This document shows positions 20,501-31,576 of a DNA stretch of 52,096 bases, in pieces (the stretch's first letter is position 1; the number at the start of each line of letters is the position of its first letter). Position numbers and translations under genes: made by a program. The notes under the pieces are model-generated. The model worked only from the letters and a program-made list of their open reading frames with translations. It was not told the origin of the DNA and did no database searches. Origin of the DNA: Klebsormidium nitens (taxonomy: Eukaryota; Plantae; Klebsormidiophyceae); assembly GCA_000708835.1 (NCBI GenBank), contig DF237466.1, positions 14,809-66,904 of the forward strand. The letters run 5' to 3'.

Positions 20501-23500
20501 TGGCGGGGCGCAATGGCGGAGGCGGCACGCGCAGCGTGTGTTTGGCGAGCCGCTTTACATCGGGCCCAGACTGGCCGAGACCTGCAGGAATGAAAGCGCA
20601 TCAGCAAGAAACGAACGGCAATAGAGTGACTTCCATGACACATGGATGTACAATGAGCGAAGACGACCTTTCTGTGCCGCTTGGCGGGGCACGATGGTGG
20701 GGGCAGCCCGCGTGGCGTGTGTTTGGCGAGCCGCTTTACGTCGGGGCCAGACTGGCCGAGACCTGGCGATGGGTGAGAAGGCATGAGCGAGAAGGGAGAG
20801 ATATAGACTTTCATTTATTTGGAATTGACGGAACGATGAGCGGAGATGACTGTGTTCCGCCGATTGGCCGGGCGCAATGGTGGGGGCAATGGGCTCGGCC
20901 TTTCTTTAGCAAGCCCCTTTCCGTCAGGGCCACACTGGCCAAGACCTGGACGAGGATGAAAGGGAATCAGCAAGAACGAACGGACATAGAGTGCCTTCAT
21001 TGACAAATGGATGCACGATGAGCGGGAACAACCGTCGTCTACCGCTTGGCGGGACGCTCCACGTGGCATGTGTTTGGAGAGCCACTTTACGTCGGGCCCA
21101 GACTGGCCAAGACCTGTGCAGAAATGTGATAAGGCAGTGTGGACACATTACTGGCACTCACGATGTAAAGTGACAGGAATAGAGTGTAGTGTCCGATTTG
21201 CAACGGCTTCTCTCCTCGTCAAAGGAATCGCGATGCCACCTTCGCTTGCAACTCAAGAAAAGGAAGCCCGCAGGCGTATCTGGGACTGTTTGTTTTACAA
21301 CCTTGCGGTTGACGCAGACGCCTTCGACGTACCTCCAAATTTCCATTCCAAAATGTTCTCTTTCAAAATTCTTATGCGAGATTCTTTTTACATCTCCCTA
21401 CAAGCTTTTTCTGCAAGTCTGATACTCTCCGACCACGATCCTTGTGGTCAGTTGTCCGCTCCACGCACACAGACTTTACGCTCACCGTATGCCCACCGTT
21501 ATCAGACCCTTTTTGAATCTCGATTGTAGATCACCCCTTCAAGCATCCCTACTTTTGACCTAGGTTTGCAAGTTGAGCAAGAGCAACGACGTTTAGAAGG
21601 GCCTTGCGGGAGCAGACAAGACATACTTCCACGTCTGTTCAGATTGGAGCCAAAGCTCAGCTTGCAAAAGTAAAACGCGCGCTCACCTGTGAGCAGCACA
21701 AAGAAGCCGCTGGTGGGCGCGAGTTCCTCGTCGCAGCCCCCGTAGATGAGCAGGTCGCCCCCCCGGGCGTCCACCAGGGCCGACGCGGCAGAGAAGCGGT
21801 GCCGGGGGAAGGCGCCCCGGGCGGCCTGGCGCCGCCACACCAAAGTATCTGCATGAGCTAGGTTGGCGTTGCTAAAACTTCTACTTCTTGCTTTCCACTC
21901 ACTCCCTAGCGGAAGTCGCTTTTCGCGCTTTTTGTTCATCCCCACCTTCATCCGGCATATCGCCGGCAGTCTCTTTAGAAGTCTCTGTAGTCGTCAAATC
22001 CGAAACCTTTGAAGCGGACTTCAGCGCGAAAGGGAAATTGGGGCAAAATGCATTCTGGGTTTGGGCTCACGAGTCTTAATCCGTGGTCACGTTTTATGAG
22101 GCCACGCTTATGACAGAGAAGTTGCGCATCTCGTCACAATGAAAACAAGTGCAACACGCTGCCTGAAAGCCGCTTGTCCAAAAACGCCTCTGTCTAGTTG
22201 TCCAAGTGAGCGAACCCTGTCAGTCCTACCCGCTTGATAGGAATGTTAGGGCTACTGCTCTTCATCGGCGTAGCAATAACAAAACGTACTACGGCCTGTG
22301 TGCTGTCTGCTGTCTCGTCTGGCTTAAGGCCTATTCCCGAAGATCGGTTCAGTTGCGGCCGCCGACTCATTTGTGAGCCCCCTCGCTCTTGGGCAAGCTT
22401 TTTGCAGCGGACTTCTGCGAGGCATTTGCCAAGCAGACTAGGCACTAACAAAGTGACCAAAGATCCAATGCGTATACCAGGGACGTAACTTATGGAGGGC
22501 GCCGCCCATGAACGGAACAACGGAAGGAAGAAAAGCTGCAAGAAAGCCTCACCATCATAAAGGAACGTAGATTTCATTGTCACCTTTGCCGCACTAGCGG
22601 GAGAAGATAAATGACAGCACGACACTCACCGAGATCGAGGACACATATATCGTTTAACAGCTTCCGTTCCCCTTTGTCCACCCCGCCGAAGATGATGAGC
22701 TGGCTGCCAACGAGAGCGCTCACGTGGCCGGCGCGGGGCGCCGGCAGCTCGCCACGTGGCTGCAGTTTCGTCCATACGAGCATCTCTGAAAACGAAAGGT
22801 TGCGATAAGACGACTTGTTTGCGAAGTCGTGATTCAGAGACAAATATAGGACATTGAGAAGGGCATGAGTGTAGAATTGAAAAGGCCGTATCAATGGAGA
22901 AAGAACTGAGCTTTTGAACGCACACAGAAGGTAGGAGTTCGGACGTTGCAAAAGAAACGGAAAGGTGGCGCCACGAAAGCGATGGAGAACGATAAGGGGA
23001 AGCCAAGCTGGTTTCTGATCCAGTATCGACACCAGTGCAACGAACCCACTCCTTCGACGCTGGCCTTTCAGGTGATTATGCGGAAAGCTGTGGGGTCTTC
23101 CTCTAAGGAAACAAGTGCCCAATTATTGAACAACTTACGGCCGTCTGCTCGAGACCACCAGCGAGAAGCCTCGAACGACCACAAATATCCTGCGATATTC
23201 CTCCCCCGCCGTCACAAACAGCATCAGAGTCTCTAGTCTGGGGGGGGCGCTACAACACACCGTGTACAGTTCGTGAAATTACAAACACGCGGAATGTGCG
23301 AGAAACCAGGCTCGCCTGTATCTAGAGCGAAAATGTCGTTCAGGGGTTGATCGTCCGCATCCTGACCGCCAAACACGATGAGAGACGAGTCCCAGGCGAC
23401 CATGCTGTGGCCAGTCCGGGCAGATGGTCGCCCTCCGGACGTCTCGAGCTTCTGCCACGTCAGAGTCTCTGCAAAGGAGCGGCGATTGGGCTTGAGATCG

Positions 23501-25555
23501 TATGTACGTGGCGGAACTGGGCTTCCAAAATTCTCAGGTCACTGGTTTGCGCACTAGTTGGGCTTTGTTCAGGAGCGAGTGAGTTTGAAATCTTCTTTGA
23601 CAGGACAACACATGATCATCGGCTTTCGTTAAGAGAGGGAGTTGCGATATGCCAATTGCAGTGCGCTATTGAAAAAGAGAGAGCCACCTTGAGAAGCCGG
23701 GTACGAAAATGGTCAAGACCGAAAGCTTCTTTGAGACCTCCTTTTCTCAACCGCTTGACATCTCTCCTTCCTCTCCGCAAATGACTGCTCATCAAATCGT
23801 CAATACAGGAAGTGCAGTGTTCTTGAAACAACACTACCTACGCACCTAGAAGGTAGTCCCAAGTAGCAGAAACCTTCTCTTTACCTGTTTCGAGCCGATA
23901 GACGTCATCGAAGTAGAGGTCGTCCTCGTTCTCTTTGTCGGCTCTTCTACAGCCCCCAAACACATACACCAATTGGTCTACAGAGACGGCCGCGTGGCCT
24001 TCTCTGGGGCAGGGGGCGTCGCCTGTGGTCTCGGGTGTGATCCACTGGTTGGCATCTGCAGAGGACAGAATAGTCCGTTTCTTATTATCGGACTTCTGAA
24101 GGCACTTTTGGTACTCATTTGTTATGCAGATGTAATTTCGACTTGCGCTCCTAACCAATTGGGCAAAATGTGAAGCCTGACGAAAGTTGGGTTGAGATAT
24201 GGTCATAGAGAGATGACGTCCTCAGCTTTTGACAGAAGCCCTCAACTGCTGCGACCAGCTCCGAAGAACGAATGTACGTTCATCTTCAAACTTATCAAAC
24301 TCATCGACTGGCTGAGGTTCCACCGTTTACTGAAGTAGGTTCAGATGTTGAAGGCAATGCCGCGACATGTTGACAAACTTGCTATTGTTTATTCTAACTC
24401 CCAGGTTCGGCCAATTAAGAAATTGAAGAACGGATGTGCATTCTTAGGCATAGCCTGCAACAGCCGCTCGTTCAGGAAGCCTCCACTCAACCTTCTGACC
24501 CTTTAGTGAACGCAGAAACCATATACGCACTGGCCTACTCTTGATTCTGCCCTATCTCCGAATTTGAACTGATACTTGTTGTAGATCTTGTGTCGATGAG
24601 AAAAAAGAACCCCACCATCAGTCAGCCCACGGATCTCCTAAGCGTCTTCTTCCTGCTCAGGATGTTTGCGAGACTAGGCGGCCCGACGCTACTTTGTGGT
24701 CGTTGCGGATGCGGTTTCGTTTTCCTTACCCGTGTCTAAGATGTGCAGATCCCCCAAAGTGGCCTCTGAGTTGCGGCCACCAAAGACGAACAGCTTGTGA
24801 CCAACAGTGGTGCAAGTGTGGCTCTCGCGGGGCGGTGGCTGCGGCCCCGACAGCTTGGGGCGTTTCCACAGCTCCCGGCCTGCAAACAGTTCATCTTCTG
24901 TCTTTCCTCATAATACAACATGTTTACTTTTCGACGGCATATTCTCCCCTTTACCGTTCAGCCGGTTCCGGCAGCTACTTTAACTAAGAAGAACAGGAGC
25001 CGCAGTTCCACGTAGAACTATAGTGCAAACAATGATATAGCGAGAGAGGCGGTAAGCTTGCTTGACATGCTCCCTATACGCTTGTTGAACGGCTACTGCG
25101 GGAGCTTCGACAAGGGGAGACGCAGTACAGCAAGTTTGACCAGCAGTAGTGTTGCTGTCCTCAAGTCTCCTGTCTTTCTACGGCAGGCCACATGCCCAGG
25201 CTCTCTCGTCTCGAGAAAATGTTTTCTGTTTCTAAATGAGCGGTCTGTCCTGTCGTGAGGGCAGCAACACTATCGCTCAAAATGAGTACACATCTGAATC
25301 GCCGCATTCTATGGAACGATCTGTTTTTCACATAGTAGAAGATCACATTGACTCACCGGTGTCATATTTGCAGACTCCAACCACCTGCTTCCGTGCGCAG
25401 TTTGTGCCCCCGACAGCAAACACCCATCTCTCCCCCCCTAAGGACACCAGGTTGAGTGTGTGGCAGTAGCGCTCTCCAGGCCCCAGGACACCGCGGCCCT
25501 CATCTTTTTCTGCTTGTGACTTGCGCTCCACCTCATTCACAGTGTCCCATTGCAT
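14511..25555 (-). CDS. Kelch-repeat protein (six-blade; Arabidopsis At1g18610/At1g74150-like) with long disordered insertions, ~1502 aa
   Basis: Exons 25555-25357, 24879-24730, 24055-23885, 23468-23316, 22785-22630, 21848-21687, 20398-18632, 18015-17924, 17116-16952, 16431-15103, 14675-14511, in phase. One kelch repeat per exon 1-6 (PGERYCHT, PPPRESHTCTTVGHKLFVFGG, PREGHAA..VFGGC, SARTGHS, PRAGHVS, RFSAA..IYGGC). C-terminal IEDLLQTGFSISAAVGGQQLRGFLYSSNP resembles the family's GYTIET.IDGKPLRGILF motif. Continuity beyond exon 6 is inferred from phase and this motif. Confidence 0.8.
17072..17297 (-). repeat. 146-bp-period duplication of acceptor plus start of kelch exon 9
   Basis: tgcag|ATCGGAGACTTGCTCCACACC (17262) versus tgcag|ATCGAGGACCTGCTCCAGACG (17116). 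The upstream intron text is also alignable. Confidence 0.85.
18049..18389. repeat. Diverged intronic tandem duplication (~197-bp period)
   Basis: gatacta.gggc.accc..agcgcctgaagcg..agtggtagct..caggctttttct..gaagagt..ccagtag at 18049-18222 and 18246-18389. The second copy has a deletion. Confidence 0.85.
20295..21120 (-). repeat. Five-copy ~180-bp array, each unit = intron end, AG acceptor and start of kelch exon 7
   Basis: cag|gtct(c/t)ggccag at 21113, 20945, 20762, 20581 and 20398 (spacings 168, 183, 181, 183). Units encode GLGQSGPDVKRLAKHT..PPLRPAKRRKTVIS variants. Confidence 0.95.
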
Positions 25556-26586
25556 CCTGAGGGCTTAACTCTCTGCTTCACATCTGGAAAACTGAGACAT
25601 TGGGCCACAAACTGCTGGTCACCACTGCATGTTGTGGTCTATGCCAGATTTTGAAGTTCACACACACACGAGCCCGGTATAGATTTTGAAGCCGTGCTGG
25701 GTGGGATCGACAAAGCAACTCACAGTTATCTGATGAAAATGTTTCTCTTGGACTTTCACTCCATTAGCATTCAAAGAATGGAAGCTTAAAGCAGGTGTAG
25801 CCCTTTTGAGCATTGCAAATACTAGGCAGCCAAGAAGGCCACATTAATGTGAGTCTTGCGACTGCCAGTATCAAGGTGCCCTGAAGCGCTCCAATTGCAA
25901 TCTTCACCACTCTCCTCGTGCAATTTCAACCAAGAGCTTGATTCCTCTCCCAGAGTCCCAGGGGCCGGAGCACTGTCACAAGCTTTCCTTCCAATCGTCC
26001 GCTCAAGTTCAACAACAGCCGCCCTTCCAAACTGTTGACCGCAAGGCTGCAGTGTGTGCAGCGCAGCATCCCAAGGTATGAAAGAACGTTTGTATGGAGC
26101 AGAGAAACTGGTAGCTGTGTTCCCTTGGCGCCCCTTTCGTGCTTCAGCAGCATCTGAAAACGCTTCCTGCTTTCCCCCACCATTCAATTTCAGGAGCAGA
26201 GGGAAGAACTAAGGGCCGAAACTAGAGCACTTATATTGCCTAAACCCGAGTAATATAAGCGTTGCGTGACCGAACGGCTGGCAGCCGACGGCATAAGCCG
26301 GTTCTGCCTTTTCCGATGTCCATAGAGTTTTCAGCAGCAAGTCCTTCCTAGCCTGCAGCCTCAGGAAAGACGGTATGTCCACGGCGTCTATAGCCTCTCC
26401 GGTGCTGCATACAAACGAAGAAATTGCTTGTTTAATCAAAATCTGCAGCACTCGAAACTGGATCTACACACCATGCTTGGCAATTGGGAGCAGCTGCTGA
26501 TCGAGAGTCAGACTTGGAGAGAGTGTAATACTAGCTGAGGGAAATGTAAGTTGGTTGCAGCATTGCGCTGCTCAGCACCTTTTGAG

Positions 26587-29500
26587 ATGCCTTCCTTCCA
26601 AGCGCCCTCGCCCTCGGAAGTCCCTGTCATCAGCCTCTCTGGTGGGCAAGATCAGAGCCGTATCGCAGCAGCTATCAAGGAGGTGAGGGGAAGCAAGGAA
26701 AGCCGGGGGAAACATGTGCTGTCTTCGGTATATTGAAAGGAAGAGACGATTGAATTTGAAGCTTGCCGTCCTGTGCTTTTTGTACTCAACAGCTTGGCCC
26801 ATTTGAAGGACCCTGAAGCACCGTTGATTGAGTTGACATTGAAGAATTAGAAGCCAAGCGGACAATCCAACTGACAGACAGCAGGCAGGTTCTTAAGTCT
26901 CCGCTCTCTGGCCTTTAGTCAAACAAACTCTACTGCAGTGGCTGGGTAACTCACAGCCCCTGTACAGCCCTCCCGCTTATTTTTCCTACCCCCCTTACTT
27001 AAGATAGATCACCCAAACTATCCTCAGGACTTGATGTCTTCGTGAGCAATTCTGCATTTCCTTGGTAAATACACATGTGAACGAGTTGCTTGATGGAACA
27101 TCTTCTTCCCGCCAATGCCATGTTTTCAGACGGAGGGGGCTCTCGCTAACTGGCCTTCACGATGACAGGGCAAACTTTCCGCGCAGGCTTGTGTCAAGTC
27201 CGGGTTCTTCTACGTCGCTGATCATGGAGTTGACGAAGGCCTCGTGCAGGCAACTTTTGAGCAGTGCCGCCTCTTTTTCAGCTTGCCAGAGGTGAGGTCT
27301 TGCTCCTCTGAGGGTCTTTTTGAGAGACGAGTTGCAGGCTCAGGTCTTCTACTCTTTGGCCTGACTTCGGGGTTGAATTGACCAGCAAGTAGGTCTTGCA
27401 TCAACTCGGCTGCAATTCTCATGAGAAGATAGAGTTTGCATTACGAGGCTTGATTAGGGTCCTGTCATTGTCCACAAATATTGAGCAGTATACTGTCACG
27501 TTTTGTGCTTAATTTTCGTCCTTTTGATATGACACTGACCCATAATCTTGCAACTCAGACCTAGATCTTTTTCCATCCAACTGATTCTGATGCAGGCTGA
27601 GAAGATGAAGTACCTGCAAGACTCAAACAACCGAGGTTACACCCCGTTTGAGGAGGAAACGCTCGATGTGACGCGGCAGAAGAAGGGGGACACCAAGGAA
27701 GGGTACTACATCGGGCGAGAAGTCCCTCTGGATCACCCAGACGCAAGCACACCGTTATGTGGCCCAAACGTGTGGCCAGATCCAGGTGAGGGAAAACTTG
27801 TGTGGTTTCTGAGACCGAGTTTGAGAAATTGTTGTATCCCTTTCGGAAGGTGTTTGCATGTGTAAGACGCATACGTAAGGTGGATCTTCGCTTGACTGCG
27901 ATTGGAGGTTTCCCTGCGACCCAGTGGTCTCCTCAAGTGTGACTCTCTGCTGCGTAGTTGATGCACGTATAGTAGCCGCAGTCGTCATGAGTGTGAAAGC
28001 CGTATAAATATCTTCTCGAATACCGATCACAGGGCCCGGGTACTCTCAAATCAAATGCAGACGTTCTCCCTCTCTGGCGGCCAACTATGGAAAGGTACAT
28101 GGCGGCCATGACTGCGCTTGCCCTCCGGCTGACGCGCCTCATCGGCCTGGCGCTCGGACTGCCGGACGGCTTCTTTGACCGCCCGGGCATGTTCGACAAG
28201 CCGTCCGTATTCCTTCGACCTCTGCACTACAACGGTGAGCTTCAGTCCTGGGCAAAAGAGGGTTGTCCCTCAGAGCTGGTTAGTACTTTGAGTAGCTCAA
28301 GGGAGCCACAGAGGCGTATTCTAAATGTCATCCGGTTTTCCCAATCGCTGCACCTTATCAGCAGGTTTTCCTTTGGAGGAAAGGTCGCCTACTCAGTACA
28401 TAGGACATCAATTAAAGGGAGGACCTTCGCAATAATCGGCCCTGACCGGTCGTGGGGAAGAAAACGAGGCTGCAGGCCAATCCCAGAATCGCCGACAGAT
28501 TCCTCGTTGGTTATCGAGTTTCGGGCGGCCGTTGCTTGATGCAACGTTTCCAGTAGCGTACTTCCTGCGGCCTGAGTGGTCGGCTCTGCTACCTTACACC
28601 CTGCAACTTGTGACCAAGATTCCCCTTCATGCGGGCATTTCGATCCCCATCAGACCTCCACAATGTCTGTGTTGCAGCCGAGCCGTCTGCGCCCGAGGAT
28701 GGCATCTTCGGCGCCGGCGCCCACAGCGATTACGGCATGCTGACGTTGCTCAAGACGGACGACGTCCCGGGCCTCCAGGTAAGAGCCAGTCCACATTGAC
28801 CATGTATGCGTTCCGATATTTGACCCTGAGCAAAGAGCGGTAGTGGGAACTTCGACTCCCTGGGAAGTGAGCCAGTTTCGAAGGAGACAAGCCCAAAATT
28901 CTCGCCCCGCTTAGACGGGCTGGGCCCGGTTAAAAGTATCTTGTATCTGGTCAAAATCCCGAGAGAAGAGGCAGCCGCATTCTCTTAAGGACGTCGGTGC
29001 TAGGTCGCCTTTCGGCGACCAGAAAACAGCAGCGCCCATTTCCTGGGTGCCCCCATTTCCTAGCTACGTAACGAAGTCGCAAGTGACTGTCCGCTCGTGA
29101 CCTTACGTTACTCCTGCGTCTTTCAGCTGATCACTACGCTTCTCGGAGAACGTCTTCAAGCCCCTCGCCGCTAACTAGAGCGGAACTATTTCTGCAGATC
29201 TGTCTTGAGAAGGACGCCAAGGTGCAACAATGGATCGACGTGCCCCCTGTTCCGGGCGCATTTATTGTGAACCTGGGGGACATGCTGGAGCGGTGGAGCA
29301 ACGACCGCTTCAGGTAACCAGTCCAAATCCATCCAATTGACTCCTAAATCGCGTGCTTAGGCAGTTGTGTGGGCTCGGTTTGTTGTGGTGACTTCGAAGT
29401 AAGGATTTTTGCGAGCCTGGGGCACTGATGCAACTCCAGTGAAACCGAACGCAATGCAAGTTTGAGGCGTGCCTAAATTCTGGCAATTCTGTTCGATGAG

Positions 29501-30810
29501 TTCTGTGCTGCTTGGAGCCAGGGGATACCATGAGGGTCCCAACTGGCTGCTGACGCATTCAAAAGCCTGCCCTTCGAACGACGACTTTTGTTTCGCTCAT
29601 TTGGAATTTGGGACAGGACTCTAAGAATCCGCACAGAAAGGGCCTCGGTCATGGGAGCGGTGGTCCGCAACGAAGGAATGAAAGGTTATAAAGTTGCTGC
29701 TTGGTTTGCTTTTAAAGGTGCTTGGACGAGCCGCGAGTATGTTTCGTGTCTAGATCCTCCCAGGAGAGTCTGTCGACATTGGTACCGGCGAGCGGGCCGT
29801 TTGAGCCTTGGTCCTTTATTACGCATCGGCCGAAAGATGCGTCGCCGGTTTGGCTGCCAATCTGCGGCACTGTGTAATCATTGCGCGCTTTTGATGTTGA
29901 GGGGGAATTCACATCTCCTCGTAATGGTAAAACCGCTGTTCATGGAAGGCCGTTGCGGGCAGAATGTCTGATTGTTCCGGCTCAAGCATACGCTATTCCG
30001 CATCTTGAGTGGATTGCCGCATCTATTATACGCTATTCCGCATCTCAAATGGAGGGGCTCCTTTTCTTTTGGCAGGTCCACCCTGCACCGAGTCATAGGT
30101 CGCGGACAGGAGCGTTATTCGGTGAGCGCCACGCACATTCATATTTATTCTCGAATGGTTCTGCCCTCAAGAAACAGCGGAAACCAAGCGGACTTTTACC
30201 TTGTACAAATTTTGAGGCGTGTGTGGTAAGAGGGGACTTCTTCTAGAGATTCCTCGCGTGCATATTTGCATCGCTGCACAACGCTGAAAAGTACCATGGA
30301 AACAGGTCACAAGGCTGAATGAGTCTTTTGACGAACTAGGCTTGTTTGCTCCCATCTCGTGCAGATTCCATTCTTCTTCGAGCCCAACTTCGACTGCCTG
30401 GTGGAATGCTTGCCCCAGTGCTACAGCGATGACGACCCTCCAAAGTGAGATCGCCGCATCGCTTTCTCTTGTAACACTTTCATCTCATTTTCATTTCGTC
30501 TTGCCAAGCTCGCTTGAAACCATCTGATTGCTAGTCCTCAACAAAATCTTCGTCCGCTCCATGATTAACGCTCACATTGAAGGGCACTTGCTTCCCCGAT
30601 TTCGGGTCCATTGACCGTCTTGTAGACAGGAGCTGGAGCCTGTGTAGAGTGCTTCTGTATTGATGCTCTTGAGCTCATTCTCGGCTGCCTATCATATGGA
30701 GATTCTGCACTGACATGTTGCTGCTTTGGCGTCGCAGATACGCCCCGATCAAGGCGGGGCATTATCTACTTGACAAATACGGGATGACACATGCGGGGTA
30801 TAAAGGTTAA
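26587..30810 (+). CDS. 2-oxoglutarate/Fe(II)-dependent dioxygenase (DOXC type, DIOX_N + 2OG-FeII_Oxy), 326 aa
   Basis: Exons 26587-26682, 27187-27291, 27596-27785, 28061-28234, 28678-28778, 29198-29313, 30076-30121, 30365-30444, 30738-30810, in phase. [34 protein letters not shown] (HxD), [20 protein letters not shown] (distal His), RYS (RxS). Confidence 0.95.
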
Positions 30811-31576
30811 GCAAACAGCAATCCGGAGTGTTCGTCTCTAATGTAAAGAAGTTCACTGCTCCTTGTTAGATAGGCACAGTCGGATGCCGCTTCGCTTGAA
30901 AGCAGCTACGACTATGCAGAGTTATTCGAGATTCTTAAAGTATGGATTCAGAATAGGGCCCGCTGAGCATCTCAAATGAGTCTTGTGGTAAGTTCCGATT
31001 CCAGATAGGTAGTCAAAGATCAAAGACTGACTTAATAAGTATTAGCATATGATATTGAAAGTGTACATATCATAATGCTTTCGTTTCGTTTTCGGCCTAC
31101 ACCAACTCTGACGGGCGTGCGGAACATGGTTTGTGATAAATTCATGATATATTGTTTCCCTTGCACTCTGCTTGGAAGATCATATTGCTTATATTCGATC
31201 AGTACAATGTGCAAAAAGCCTTGAAGGCCTGAGCTTATTTGAACAATCTGCTCCTAGCCAAAAACGCTATTGGCCGTCGATATCACGTAATCCGCGTCTT
31301 CAGTGCACGCAGTCGACGAGCTGCATATGAGTTACCGCACCCGACATACGATCCGACGTGAGGGACTGCTGGCGCGCAATTTGATATTTCGCGCGGGCTA
31401 CAATTCAAGTTGAGCATGGTTCGCAAAAACGCTGCGGCGCGTCTGTTCAATGATACAATTGGACTTCCGACGGAACCAGTTCTACCTTCCGACAAAACAA
31501 TCCCAACACCCACTTTCCGACGTTACGTCGCTACAGCAACATCCTTTCCGGCACTTCTGCCATCTTCGTTTTGTGC

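Noticed and set aside
20295-21120. CRISPR-like repeat/spacer array
   Set aside because: The spacers are homologous and alternate rather than being unique, the repeats are exon fragments, and there are no cas genes in this eukaryotic context.
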